64,000 nucleotides of DNA from Candidatus Thorarchaeota archaeon (GTDB taxonomy: Archaea; Asgardarchaeota; Thorarchaeia; Thorarchaeales; Thorarchaeaceae): the NCBI GenBank assembly GCA_048884965.1, contig JBHLQH010000009.1:1-64000 (forward strand). The letters are read 5' to 3'. This document shows positions 1-9,389 of this stretch, one piece after another. The position numbers and the translations under genes are program-made. Each line of letters begins with the position of its first letter. Position 1 is the stretch's first letter. The notes below the pieces were generated by a model. That model saw only the letters and a list, made by a program, of their open reading frames with translations, did not search any database and had not been told where the DNA came from.

Positions 1-18
1 ATCTCGGCCGGTCCACCA
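1..18 (+). repeat. tRNA-Ala 3' end (copy 1; could be the end of the intact tRNA gene, truncated by window)
   Basis: ATCTCGGCCGGTCCACCA = T-stem 3' strand, acceptor 3' strand CCGGTCC (U70 of the Ala G3:U70 pair), A73 and CCA. Confidence 0.85.
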
Positions 19-636
19 CTACTTCTCAAACACCAGACAGTAAAAGTGATTGTACCCAAATAGCTCAAAGCATGATTCATCCTCTTCCTGCCAACAAATG
101 ATGATCTCCTTCTCAAATCTAAGGACTTCTGAGAGCGATCGAGCCATATCCCATGCCAAGAGAGTCAGAGGTTGCTCGTCATTGGCTCCTAGATTGTATA
201 CTCCCACGATTGCTTTTCCTCCTGGTTTTAGGAGTACACCAATCATCCTGAATATCCTTTGAAGTTCCTCGAGATAGTCTTGGTAGGTTCCATCCTCCTT
301 GAATGCTGAAAGAGGATTTTTTGTTTCATCGCTATACATGAAGGTTGGAGAGGTGTACACGAAATCCAACTGAGGAATTTGATACTCGTTTAGTCTTCGT
401 GAGTCCCCATGAATGATATTATCCTTCATTTTAAGATGTGAATGCGCAACGTTGTATCGCTCCTCGTCAATCTCAATGCCAAACGGTATCCGTCCTAGTT
501 TCTCTGCAATAAAGAGAGTCGACCCGAAACCTGCGAATGGGTCAAAGACAGTATCACCTGGTTTTGTGAAGTTTTCAATGAAGTGCTCAACAAATGCTAA
601 CTCACTTTTCTTGGACAATAGAATATAACTCTTCAA
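19..636 (-). CDS. DNA N4-C/N6-A methyltransferase (N6_N4_Mtase-like)
   Basis: TKPGDTVFDPFAGFGST (SAM-binding motif I), GIEID, DFVYTSPTF (SPPY-like motif IV). Start moved to TTG at 636 because the track start at 717 lies inside the tRNA repeat. Confidence 0.8.
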   Translation of the reverse strand: MKSYILLSKKSELAFVEHFIENFTKPGDTVFDPFAGFGSTLFIAEKLGRIPFGIEIDEERYNVAHSHLKMKDNIIHGDSRRLNEYQIPQLDFVYTSPTFMYSDETKNPLSAFKEDGTYQDYLEELQRIFRMIGVLLKPGGKAIVGVYNLGANDEQPLTLLAWDMARSLSEVLRFEKEIIICWQEEDESCFELFGYNHFYCLVFEK

Positions 637-691
637 ACAATCCCAGCCTCTACACCTTGAAGCCGCACTACGAAATAAATTATCTGTATGC

Positions 692-735
692 TGGCAGGGA
701 GGAGGTCCCGAGTTCACATCTCGGCCGGTCCATCA
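692..735 (+). repeat. tRNA-Ala(GGC) 3' half, intron-less form (copy 2)
   Basis: TGGCAgGGAGGAGGTCCCGAGTTCACATCTCGGCCGGTCCAtCA. Confidence 0.9.
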
Positions 736-817
736 TCTTTTCCAATGTTGGTTTGAGATGGCTTGCGCCAAAGTCGCTTCTTTTAACAAACAATCGACCC
801 GAGAACAGCGATGTATA

Positions 818-1837
818 ATGACCCTGTCTCAGAGGACTCCACTCGTTCTGGGTTTGATAGCAATTCTAACTATAGGTCTAACTTTATCATTCGTATTTCT
901 CTCAATCCCTCCGACTGACAATAATCCTACGCATACAGAAATACGGATTGACCTGATTGGAGCGATCGATACCGGCGGCGCAGGTTTACGAGTTCATGTA
1001 GAAGGAAATCTTGCTTTTGTTATTGATACTGGAACAGAGGGTACCTATGGTCTGATCATTGTCAACATTGCCGATCCCATGCAACCTACAATTGTAGGCA
1101 CTTACCATGCTGGTGGACTCCCCTTTGCAATAGACTCTGAAGGTGATATCGTGTATATCGCAGACCAAATTGAAGGTCTTATAATTCTCAATATATCTGA
1201 TGTGGCAAATCCAACTCCCATACCCGGATTTACCGGAAGTAGATCCTATGACATAGAATTAATTGATGATTTGCTGTATCTCGCTGATGATGAGGAAGGT
1301 CTGGTTATATTGAATGCCAGTAATCCGAGTGCACCAGAATTCATTTCGAACTATGGTCAAAGATGCATCCATTTGGCAATTGAGGGTGATATTGCATATT
1401 CGACAATTCAGGGACTATCACTAATCGACATTAGTGACTCAATGCACCCATCACTCCTTTCCAACAGAGAGGACGGTACAGGATTTTGGGATCCATCTGT
1501 ATCTAACGGTATTCTCTACCTTGCAAATCACAATGGAGGTGTGGGCGAGCTCCAAGTGTATGATGTATCAGATCCTTACAATATTGAGAAGATATCAGAA
1601 TTCGACTCAGAAGGAAATTTCCAGTCTTTCGATGTACAAGGCTCCGTATTATACGCAGTAGATTTCGAAATTGGACTGTATCTTCTAGATATACGCAATC
1701 CTTCCTCTCCCTCTGAAATCGCGCTTTTCGATGGTGGTGGCAGACCTTGGGATGTAAAGGTATGTGGAGAGTATATCTATCTAGTTGGCTCCGAAGGTTT
1801 GCAAATCCTTCAGATAACAGAAGTAGCTATCTTTTGA
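818..1837 (+). CDS. Membrane-anchored LVIVD-repeat (beta-propeller) protein
   Basis: N-terminal hydrophobic helix, then repeated 'YxAD..GLxIxNISDxxNP' units. Likely start MTLSQR at 818 (track start 758). Confidence 0.85.
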   Translation: MTLSQRTPLVLGLIAILTIGLTLSFVFLSIPPTDNNPTHTEIRIDLIGAIDTGGAGLRVHVEGNLAFVIDTGTEGTYGLIIVNIADPMQPTIVGTYHAGGLPFAIDSEGDIVYIADQIEGLIILNISDVANPTPIPGFTGSRSYDIELIDDLLYLADDEEGLVILNASNPSAPEFISNYGQRCIHLAIEGDIAYSTIQGLSLIDISDSMHPSLLSNREDGTGFWDPSVSNGILYLANHNGGVGELQVYDVSDPYNIEKISEFDSEGNFQSFDVQGSVLYAVDFEIGLYLLDIRNPSSPSEIALFDGGGRPWDVKVCGEYIYLVGSEGLQILQITEVAIF

Positions 1838-1944
1838 AAGAGATGATTCTGGGGTTGACATCTTCTTCACAGGGATTATTGGTGTCATAGCAACCGCTTT
1901 TGAATCTTGAAATTGCATATTCTAGATTATTCCGATCATTGAAT

Positions 1945-1986
1945 GCATGGAGGAGGTCCCGAGTTCACATCTCGGCCGGTCCACCA
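1945..1986 (+). repeat. tRNA-Ala(GGC) 3' half, intron-less form (copy 3)
   Basis: GCATGGAGGAGGTCCCGAGTTCACATCTCGGCCGGTCCACCA followed by TTTCTTCCTC. Confidence 0.95.
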
Positions 1987-2068
1987 TTTCTTCCTCTGTT
2001 TCTCCTCGACTTATACTGTTATTAGGAAGAAGATACTGTAGTTCTGATGAAAGTTCGGGGGATAGGAT

Positions 2069-2365
2069 GTGTCCGAAGGTAAATCATTAACAATAGATGT
2101 TCCGAGTCCAAGTCAGAAACGGCAGGTCCAATTGGATTTGCTTGATGTTGGCTTTAGAGTTTCTTGGAGTACTGGCGGTAGACCCTTCCAGCAAGCATTT
2201 CGTGTTGATTTACAGATGGGTTGGATTACGCGAATTCCGACCAAAGATGCTGAAACGAAAGAGAAGCGGCGGGATGATGTTGGGATTCCGATTTGGCTTT
2301 ATAGATACATTTTGGGACATGATTTAGAGGATCTCCAGAAGGCAATACGGAAGCAAGGTAAATAG
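2069..2365 (+). CDS. Hypothetical protein (98 aa)
   Basis: ORF fills the interval between repeat copies 3 and 4; GGGGGA upstream of the GTG; no recognisable motif. Confidence 0.5.
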   Translation: MSEGKSLTIDVPSPSQKRQVQLDLLDVGFRVSWSTGGRPFQQAFRVDLQMGWITRIPTKDAETKEKRRDDVGIPIWLYRYILGHDLEDLQKAIRKQGK

Positions 2366-2372
2366 ATCGTTT

Positions 2373-2451
2373 CTTCCTTGGCACTTGCGACACACTTCGG
2401 GTGCATCCAAAGTGGAGGAGGTCTTGAGTTCGAGTTTCAGCCGGTCCATCA
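2373..2451 (+). repeat. tRNA-Ala(GGC) anticodon arm plus 3' half WITH a 37/38 intron (copy 4)
   Basis: CTTCC-TTGGCA-[CTTGCGACACACTTCGGGTGCATCCAAAG]-T-GGAGG-AGGTC...CCGGTCCATCA. TTGG (32-35) can pair with intron CCAA between two 3-nt bulges, giving a BHB motif. Confidence 0.85.
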
Positions 2452-2589
2452 TTCATTCTTTTCTTCATAAATTCGAATTGATTATGATTAAAGATACCTT
2501 TCTGAAAACAGAGAATAACAGCTGAAAAAGTTAGTCTATTATATATTTCAAGTCAATGTTATCCTAATCATCGTAAGGAGTGGTAATTA

Positions 2590-3759
2590 GTGGTCGAAGG
2601 AATTCGAAAGCAAATTTTGGCATTAATGATTGTTCTTGGAATTTTCCTTGGGATCATTGTTGTCGGAACATCTTCATACATCATGTTTAATGAAATCGAG
2701 GGAAATCCAATTTCAAATACTATATTCAAAGACCTTTCTAAATTTGGGACGATGCCAATAATTGACATGTCTGGTATGGCTTCAAACAATGAATCCTATT
2801 TCATCGATTCAAACCTTTGGAATATGCCTCTCATTTCATCATCACAAGCAAGAGAAGCAGCATATGAATTTCTGCAAAGCATTTTTAATGAGAATCAGCT
2901 TGAATCGGTTTCTGTTCAATGGCAACATTTGGTTGGAGATAATCCAACTTGGGTCATTGCCATTGAAGGATACTATATTGTCACCCTGCTATTCGTCAGT
3001 GCCATTACAGGAGAATTGATTGGATGGAATCTCTCTTCCCTTTCCCTTGACCCACCCGAATCTTATTATGAAAATGGCTCCTATATCTCAGCAAGTGTTG
3101 CTGAGGAATGTGTTTTTGATTTCTTGGCACTGCATAACTACTCAATCCCAGATGGTGCGCGATATTTGGGAGTGAATGAATATCCCTCTGATTTGAATAA
3201 TTACTACGCAATATTCCGCCATTATGAAGGTCAGTTTCCGGTTGGGCTTTATCCCCATGATTCCTCTATCAATCCAGATTACTCAAGTGAAGGTATTATT
3301 CTTCGAATAGACAAGAGGACAGGATTTATCACTCAATTTGGATATCGCTGGACGAAGATTGACCCTCCACCACCAATAGGAATCCTTCCTGAATGGGAAG
3401 CGGGGCGGATAGCTGGAGCGTTCTACGAACCTGAAAACATATCCCTCATAGATGCACAGATTCTCATTGCTCCAGTTCTAGGATTAGAGTCATCTGATGG
3501 ATCACCACAAATTCACCTAATATGGCATCTCGCAATCAATAGAGATTCGCGGTTGGTCTATGTGTATATTGATGCATATACGGGAGAAGTACTAGACGAG
3601 CAAAGAACCAATGGTAATGCACCTGCAATAATCAATACAAATGATTCACCTACTCTTTTTCCTGTAGTTATTACAAGTCTCTCGATTGGGGTAACAGTAG
3701 CTGTATCGTCAAGTTATATGATTCGTAAGAGATATCTGTTTGATTCTGGCGAAGTATAA
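2590..3759 (+). CDS. Membrane-anchored extracellular protein with YcdB/PepSY-like domains
   Basis: N- and C-terminal TM helices; repeated 'VSAITGE', 'IDKRTG', 'YIDAYTGEVL' motifs. Confidence 0.65.
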   Translation: MVEGIRKQILALMIVLGIFLGIIVVGTSSYIMFNEIEGNPISNTIFKDLSKFGTMPIIDMSGMASNNESYFIDSNLWNMPLISSSQAREAAYEFLQSIFNENQLESVSVQWQHLVGDNPTWVIAIEGYYIVTLLFVSAITGELIGWNLSSLSLDPPESYYENGSYISASVAEECVFDFLALHNYSIPDGARYLGVNEYPSDLNNYYAIFRHYEGQFPVGLYPHDSSINPDYSSEGIILRIDKRTGFITQFGYRWTKIDPPPPIGILPEWEAGRIAGAFYEPENISLIDAQILIAPVLGLESSDGSPQIHLIWHLAINRDSRLVYVYIDAYTGEVLDEQRTNGNAPAIINTNDSPTLFPVVITSLSIGVTVAVSSSYMIRKRYLFDSGEV

Positions 3760-4249
3760 TCCCAGATACTATGAATATTTAGTGGAGCTAGGACAAAGCA
3801 TGGCAGATCAAGAGGATTCAAAGAACGACATTGAGCTAGATTTAGCAGGCCGGACTCTACGAGTATACTGGTACATGCTACAAAATAAGGAACCTCTGGG
3901 TCGTCTCGAAATCCAAAGAGGAACAAAACTATCAAGCGCCAGTCTTGCAGAGTATCATCTGAGAAAACTCATTGGAATGGGTCTTGTAGAGAAGAATATC
4001 TATGGTGAATATGTAATTAGTAGGACTGTACAAGTTGGAGTAATGCGTTTCTATATGATTTTTAGGAGTAATATGATACCTCGTTTTCTTCTGTATATCT
4101 CATTCTATATATCTATACTAATTGCTCTTCTGGTATTCTTCAACAATATACCCCAATCAATTATGTTTCTTATTGTTACGATTCTTGCCTTTGGAATCAT
4201 TTCATCTCTCATCGAAAGTGTAATTTTATGGAAAACATCTCCTACCTAA
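3740..4249 (+). CDS. Winged-HTH transcriptional regulator with two C-terminal TM helices
   Basis: GRTLRVYWYML...LSSASLAEYHLRKLIGMGLVEK wHTH, then two hydrophobic segments; start may be ATG 3800. Confidence 0.75.
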   Translation: MILAKYNPRYYEYLVELGQSMADQEDSKNDIELDLAGRTLRVYWYMLQNKEPLGRLEIQRGTKLSSASLAEYHLRKLIGMGLVEKNIYGEYVISRTVQVGVMRFYMIFRSNMIPRFLLYISFYISILIALLVFFNNIPQSIMFLIVTILAFGIISSLIESVILWKTSPT

Positions 4250-4363
4250 TTTACTTCTATCATCCTAAAATTGATTGAATCTAATTTGCAGATCCAATGA
4301 ATGAAAAAATCTTATTAGATAGTTCATCTGTTACAAAGCCACCTCGTGGTGGAGGGATGAACT

Positions 4364-6151
4364 GTGATTAGAAATAGAGCTAGGAAACGAAACTATGCGC
4401 AGAATGCCATTCTGATAGTATTATTGTTTGTCACTTCTACAATGATGTATGTAGGATTTGCATCATCTTATAGTACCTTATTGCATCATGATGAAGGCAA
4501 CGATGAATTGAACGAATATGCTGCGTCTATTGCCAAAGTTGTTATGGACTCCACAGAAAATCTCAGATTGGAGGATGTTTATGATACGACTGATCCGCAG
4601 ACTAGTAGCACTGTAAGATGTATGTCTTGGACTCTAACAGGTGCGGATTTGATAGAACTTCGCATTGATTTGGAAACTGGTTTACTCGTTAGCTATATCG
4701 ATACAACAAATCATCCAGACACTCTATACTATATCTCTGAAATATCAGATCAGAATGCATTAGAAAGAGCATACACTTTCTTTGAAACTCTCTCACAATT
4801 GTGTCTGTTCTCTTGGCCGCAAAACTGTGAATATGCTGGTGTACTGAGTCTTGAGTCTTACTGGACTTTTGTATGGCATCATATTATTGATGGAATTAAG
4901 GTAGTTGATGATTCACTTAGAATCAGAATAGACCCTTACACAGGCAATGTGCGGTACCTTCAGATACAATGGAGCAACTACGATTCAATTTCATCAATGT
5001 ATGTAAATCCAGATGTGACTTCTAATGTCGTGTCTGAAATCATCAGTACAAACGATGTCATAATTGAACAATCAGGTCCATTCTTATTCAAGAATGAGGA
5101 CACGCGACAATACGATTTGAGTTGGAATTTCGATGTTAAAGTTGACTCACAGCTGATTGCTTCAACTTATGTGAGTACAAGCACTGGTTCATTTCTGTCT
5201 ATTGACACAACAAATAGCTACTACGGTGAATTCGTATTAGCACAGGGTCGTTCTGGTCTTACAGGTACTGGTTCTTTGGACCCAGCTCATACCGCAGCTC
5301 TAGATTGTGCTGGATATCGTCTTGAGAGCGATAACTATCACAAGGATACTTGGGATAACACAGTTATGCTCTCAGAGATGGTGAGCTATTTAGATAATGC
5401 AAATATCATCATTTTTGAAGGACATGGGTATGGAGGTTCTGGCGTTGGGTCATGGATGACCATTTATGGATATGATTTCGGGGGGGAAGACGTACCAGAA
5501 GATATGTCCCAGGCTGAGATTTTCTATACCGCTTCATGCGAAGGAGGATGGACAACTCAATATCCGCAGTATGAAAACAAATTCATTGCAAATATGGCTC
5601 TTAATGCTGGTGTAAAGGCTTACCATGGTTTTTTGGGTTCGCCAAAAACCGAGCCAGAAAGTGACTACTGTAAATATTTTTGGGCTGCAGCAGCAAATGG
5701 TAAGACTTTTGCAACTTGTCAGGAGTATGCCGGAAGCTATGTTAGCAACGTAACACTTGGTAATGTACCCTCAGCATTATATGGCGCCAGAAGTAACTCA
5801 CTTTCAAAGGTAGATGTAAGCTACAACCAAATCCTAGGATATGTTCATGTAAATGACCATCTGTCTTTTGACAATGAGCCTTGCTGGCAAGTTGATTCCG
5901 ATCAACTCAGATTTTATTCCTATGAACTTGCATATTACAGCATTTATGTTGATCCCGAACGCAGCGACTTTGATGTTGCCTTTAAGGTCTACAACAAATA
6001 CTATCAACTGATCGCAACTGTAAATTCTCATGGATCTGGTGGTACTGAATCATATTGTTTCTCAGGCGGCTCAGGATTCTATTATATCAAAATCTATATC
6101 GCATCTTCATACGGCGGAATATATGACCTAGATGTGTTCGTTTCTTCCTAA
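4364..6151 (+). CDS. Secreted protein: PepSY-like N-terminus, clan CD (caspase/gingipain-fold) domain, C-terminal PPC-like domain
   Basis: Signal/TM at N-terminus; IDLETG and IDPYTG motifs; IIIFEGHG...FYTASC His/Cys dyad pattern; DFDVAFKVY...GGTE...GFYYIKI PPC-like end. Confidence 0.6.
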   Translation: MIRNRARKRNYAQNAILIVLLFVTSTMMYVGFASSYSTLLHHDEGNDELNEYAASIAKVVMDSTENLRLEDVYDTTDPQTSSTVRCMSWTLTGADLIELRIDLETGLLVSYIDTTNHPDTLYYISEISDQNALERAYTFFETLSQLCLFSWPQNCEYAGVLSLESYWTFVWHHIIDGIKVVDDSLRIRIDPYTGNVRYLQIQWSNYDSISSMYVNPDVTSNVVSEIISTNDVIIEQSGPFLFKNEDTRQYDLSWNFDVKVDSQLIASTYVSTSTGSFLSIDTTNSYYGEFVLAQGRSGLTGTGSLDPAHTAALDCAGYRLESDNYHKDTWDNTVMLSEMVSYLDNANIIIFEGHGYGGSGVGSWMTIYGYDFGGEDVPEDMSQAEIFYTASCEGGWTTQYPQYENKFIANMALNAGVKAYHGFLGSPKTEPESDYCKYFWAAAANGKTFATCQEYAGSYVSNVTLGNVPSALYGARSNSLSKVDVSYNQILGYVHVNDHLSFDNEPCWQVDSDQLRFYSYELAYYSIYVDPERSDFDVAFKVYNKYYQLIATVNSHGSGGTESYCFSGGSGFYYIKIYIASSYGGIYDLDVFVSS

Positions 6152-6161
6152 ACATGCAGAA

Positions 6162-6187
6162 GGATGGTGAATTTTCGTTCACCATCC
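6162..6187 (+). terminator. Hairpin downstream of 4364..6151
   Basis: GGATGGTGAA-TTTTCG-TTCACCATCC, perfect 10-bp stem 10 nt after the stop. Confidence 0.6.
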
Positions 6188-6239
6188 CTCCCAATCCAAT
6201 TCAGCACTCCATTTAGATACCTAATAGGAAACTAGTGAA

Positions 6240-7007
6240 ATGAAATCAACCATGATTCCCAAAGGCTTACAAGAACTTGGCATTCTCTCGCTTCTCAATG
6301 AACTTGAATATAATAGCAAATCTGTGTATCTTACAGGTTCTTGGGCACGAGGGACTAATACTTCTCTGAGCGACATTGACCTTGATATCTTGGCATGCGA
6401 AGATATACCAAAGGAAATCATTCTAGGAACAATCACACCCTATCAATCCAATAAAATTGTTATTGATGCGAAGATTTTCACACCTATCGAGTTTACTCAG
6501 CTCCAGAAGGGGCCCTCACATTTCTTTTTTTGGACTCGCTTCCAAGATGGACTTCATATTAGTGGAGATTCTCTCTCTCTGAAACATGATTATGAACAAA
6601 CTCGCCGCTTCATCGAGGTTAGCATGGATAGAATGAACGAAGCAATTTCACTTGTTCATTCTGGTAGATATCTGGCAACGGTGCTATTCCTAATGTATGA
6701 GTCTTTATGTGGGTCTTACTTTTTGGAATCCTACCTCTTAAATGGTAAGAGGATTCAATACATAAAAGAGGAGTATTTGAGAAATCACTGTGGGAATCTT
6801 TTCTCTCTTTGTCGACAAAACTACTATACGCATGTAAGAGCACAGTTCCAAGATTCTCTCGATTGGCCAATAAGAATCCGTTTTCGCAGTGATCTGAAAA
6901 TGAAGAAGGATGCTTTTCAAACACTTAAGGATGTAATATATCAGGTCGACAATCATGTCATGAATGTCTATAATAGTGCCCTCAGGAAGATTGATAGTAT
7001 TGTATAG
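6240..7007 (+). CDS. Pol-beta-type nucleotidyltransferase (MNT) domain protein with helical, possibly HEPN-like, C-terminus
   Basis: VYLTGSWARG...SDIDL signature. Confidence 0.7.
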   Translation: MKSTMIPKGLQELGILSLLNELEYNSKSVYLTGSWARGTNTSLSDIDLDILACEDIPKEIILGTITPYQSNKIVIDAKIFTPIEFTQLQKGPSHFFFWTRFQDGLHISGDSLSLKHDYEQTRRFIEVSMDRMNEAISLVHSGRYLATVLFLMYESLCGSYFLESYLLNGKRIQYIKEEYLRNHCGNLFSLCRQNYYTHVRAQFQDSLDWPIRIRFRSDLKMKKDAFQTLKDVIYQVDNHVMNVYNSALRKIDSIV

Positions 7008-7022
7008 TTTCATATGTTAGAA

Positions 7023-7087
7023 TCGACGCACTTCGCGTGCGACCAAAGTGGAGGAGGTCCCGAGTTCACATCTCGGCCGGTCCACCA
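7023..7087 (+). repeat. tRNA-Ala 3' half with 3' part of the intron (copy 5)
   Basis: TCGACGCACTTCGCGTGCGACCAAAG|TGGAGGAGGTCCCGAGTTCACATCTCGGCCGGTCCACCA; intron hairpin CGCAC/GTGCG is homologous to copy 4. Confidence 0.92.
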
Positions 7088-7105
7088 CTTCTTCATAAAG
7101 ATTCT

Positions 7106-8074
7106 TTACTTTGGAATCAATTGTTTCTCTTTTAGTTTCAGATAAGCTGCCCGACAGGACTCCACATCATGAGAAAAGAGATACTGGGCAAATTCAAGAT
7201 AGTCGAAGCCCTCGACTTCTTCGATGAATCCCGCCTTTTGCATCCCATATTGAGAAAGCCCCCACATCGCTGTGAAAAGCATCAACATGAATTTCATTCC
7301 TGAGAGCCTTATCCACGAGTCATTACTGACTTCAGTGAAGTAGCATTGCAGCATGAATTCCTCTAATTCAGGTGGAATGGGACCAATACTATCGTGAGTA
7401 TATACGAGTGTCGCCAGGTCGTAGTAGATGTCTCCCATTCCTGCGAACTCCCAATCAATTATCGTGATTTTATGCTGTTCATCTGAGTATAGATAGTTCA
7501 CGGCAACGAGGTCATTATGGCAGAACCGTAGCCAATCCGATTGATCCTTTCTTTGATCCTCTTCTATCTCTCTCATCGTATCCAATAGAGCTTCGAAATC
7601 ATAAGGTAAAGGGATATCATATTCCTTCGCGGTTCGAGTATAGGCTTCGACACGATTGAAGGGTGAGAACCTACCTTCAATAGCTGGGAGAGAATGCAAT
7701 TGCTTGACTGTCTGTGTCAATAGGCGTATGTTCTCCGGCCTTCGATACTCATCATGCGTCCAATGGCGTCCATCTATCCAACGAGTTACAAGATGCCCTT
7801 CTGGTTTACTGAAATAGATTACCTCTGGTCCAATCCCTACACTGGAAGCTACTTGTAATGCCTCATATTCGAAATCACGATTGATACCAAGTTTCTCAGC
7901 ATTCTCTCTACTGATTCGCAAAACATATTGATTCTTACCTGCTGTTATCTGATAATTCGCATTAGTAAGACCATCGATTTTTTCCACAATTAGTTCTTTG
8001 ACACCCTTCAATGCTGGTATCCTATCAGTAATTGATTGTATCTCGGGATTCATTCTTCCTTTCAGATATCCCAA
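7106..8074 (-). CDS. Choline/ethanolamine kinase-like phosphotransferase (APH superfamily)
   Basis: GLTNANY, YVLRI, FCHNDL..N (Brenner motif), IIDWEFAGMGD...DLA; start may be ATG 8053. Confidence 0.9.
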   Translation of the reverse strand: MGYLKGRMNPEIQSITDRIPALKGVKELIVEKIDGLTNANYQITAGKNQYVLRISRENAEKLGINRDFEYEALQVASSVGIGPEVIYFSKPEGHLVTRWIDGRHWTHDEYRRPENIRLLTQTVKQLHSLPAIEGRFSPFNRVEAYTRTAKEYDIPLPYDFEALLDTMREIEEDQRKDQSDWLRFCHNDLVAVNYLYSDEQHKITIIDWEFAGMGDIYYDLATLVYTHDSIGPIPPELEEFMLQCYFTEVSNDSWIRLSGMKFMLMLFTAMWGLSQYGMQKAGFIEEVEGFDYLEFAQYLFSHDVESCRAAYLKLKEKQLIPK

Positions 8075-8117
8075 AATCGGTGGTTTTAAAGCTGTGTTTC
8101 AACGTCAAATCACATTC

Positions 8118-8159
8118 GTATGGAGGAGGTCCCTAGTTCACATCTCAGCCGGTCCACCA
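8118..8159 (+). repeat. tRNA-Ala 3' half, intron-less form (copy 6)
   Basis: GtATGGAGGAGGTCCCtAGTTCACATCTCaGCCGGTCCACCA then TTATTCTTCTC. Confidence 0.9.
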
Positions 8160-8259
8160 TTATTCTTCTCATCCGTAGGTCTAACTACAGCATGGTCTAG
8201 GGATCAGACTTCGAAATTCGACTGGAAGATTTAACTACCACGTTTCTAAGAACTAATCG

Positions 8260-9153
8260 ATGATTGAAATCAAGCAAATTGGAGAGCCTAAGGTTCTTGA
8301 CGATAATTCCAATGAAGCAAACTCATACACCTTTCATGCCAGTATGTCCACAATGAGAGCGCGATTCAGCAACTCCTATGAGGGTTACCATGGGAATCCT
8401 GTCTGGGACTTGACAGTCTATGCAGATAGGCTGATTGAGCGGAACATTGAGCCTCTTTGGGAAGGTCTTGAGGAACATGCACAGTGCTTTCAACTTCCGA
8501 TGAACTATATTCCATTTGGACATGATGGAGGCACTTTCTGCTATAATCTTCTTGAAAGTGGGACCCACATCTTTGATTTCGTTGAAGATACACGGACTAC
8601 GTCGGAGGTCCGAGGAATCTGGTCTATCCTATGCGCACCAGAGTCTCCTATGATATTGATAGGAGGTACCAGTAAAGCCACACGTCAAAAGGGCGTCTAC
8701 ATCATTGACTACTCAGGAAAAGTAGTTCGCAGAATCGAGGTCCTAGATGATACGCCTGATGCCTACCTTTCCTGGCTGATGTACAAACCTACAATTCTAT
8801 CTATCAACAAGAAATCCAGTGCACATAAGACATGGTTATCTGAGATAGATATTGAAACTGATGAGATTCTTCAGAAAAGAGCGATTGATCCCCAAGATAT
8901 CCTTCCTTATGATGATCTCTCATATTCACAGTATCAAGAAAAAAGTGGCGCTCTTAGGACTGAAACTGGCTATGCACTTGATGGATTACTCAGGAATAAA
9001 TGGTATGATTACAGGTATAATTATGGTCGCAAGACACTCCGGTTGAAAATATACCACCCACCTATTGAGTACCTTCTATCAGCGGACCGTCCTGAAACCA
9101 GCAACGTTCAAGGAATCCTATACGAATATACCTTCAAGATAGAGTTCCTCTAA
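8260..9153 (+). CDS. Hypothetical protein (297 aa)
   Basis: Long ORF filling the interval between copies 6 and 7; no motif recognised. Confidence 0.6.
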   Translation: MIEIKQIGEPKVLDDNSNEANSYTFHASMSTMRARFSNSYEGYHGNPVWDLTVYADRLIERNIEPLWEGLEEHAQCFQLPMNYIPFGHDGGTFCYNLLESGTHIFDFVEDTRTTSEVRGIWSILCAPESPMILIGGTSKATRQKGVYIIDYSGKVVRRIEVLDDTPDAYLSWLMYKPTILSINKKSSAHKTWLSEIDIETDEILQKRAIDPQDILPYDDLSYSQYQEKSGALRTETGYALDGLLRNKWYDYRYNYGRKTLRLKIYHPPIEYLLSADRPETSNVQGILYEYTFKIEFL

Positions 9154-9231
9154 TGCAGGAACACGACCTTGGATTGTGATCGTCCCACGGAAACAATCAG
9201 ATATATCTATAGCAATAATCCTGAGTCTGTG

Positions 9232-9257
9232 GGAGGTCCCGAGTTCACATCTCGGCC
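9232..9257 (+). repeat. Truncated tRNA-Ala fragment (variable loop and T-arm only; copy 7)
   Basis: GGAGGTCCCGAGTTCACATCTCGGCC, exact 26-nt match to the other copies. Confidence 0.85.
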
Positions 9258-9389
9258 AAATCTCTCTTGCACATCAATGGCGAAGATGTGGTGGTATATA
9301 TTCACTGGAATCTATCTAATAATTCTCTCAATCTTCATGCTCGTTGGAATTACATATACGTGATTAAATGATGTGTCTATGAGCATGAA

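Noticed and set aside
637-717. N-terminal extension of the MTase ORF given in the track
   Set aside because: It starts inside the antisense of the tRNA repeat; TTG at 636 is a more plausible start.
9169-9363. 64-aa ORF
   Set aside because: It reads through repeat copy 7. Only the last 28 codons (ATG 9277, hydrophobic) could be a mini-protein or fragment, which cannot be supported.
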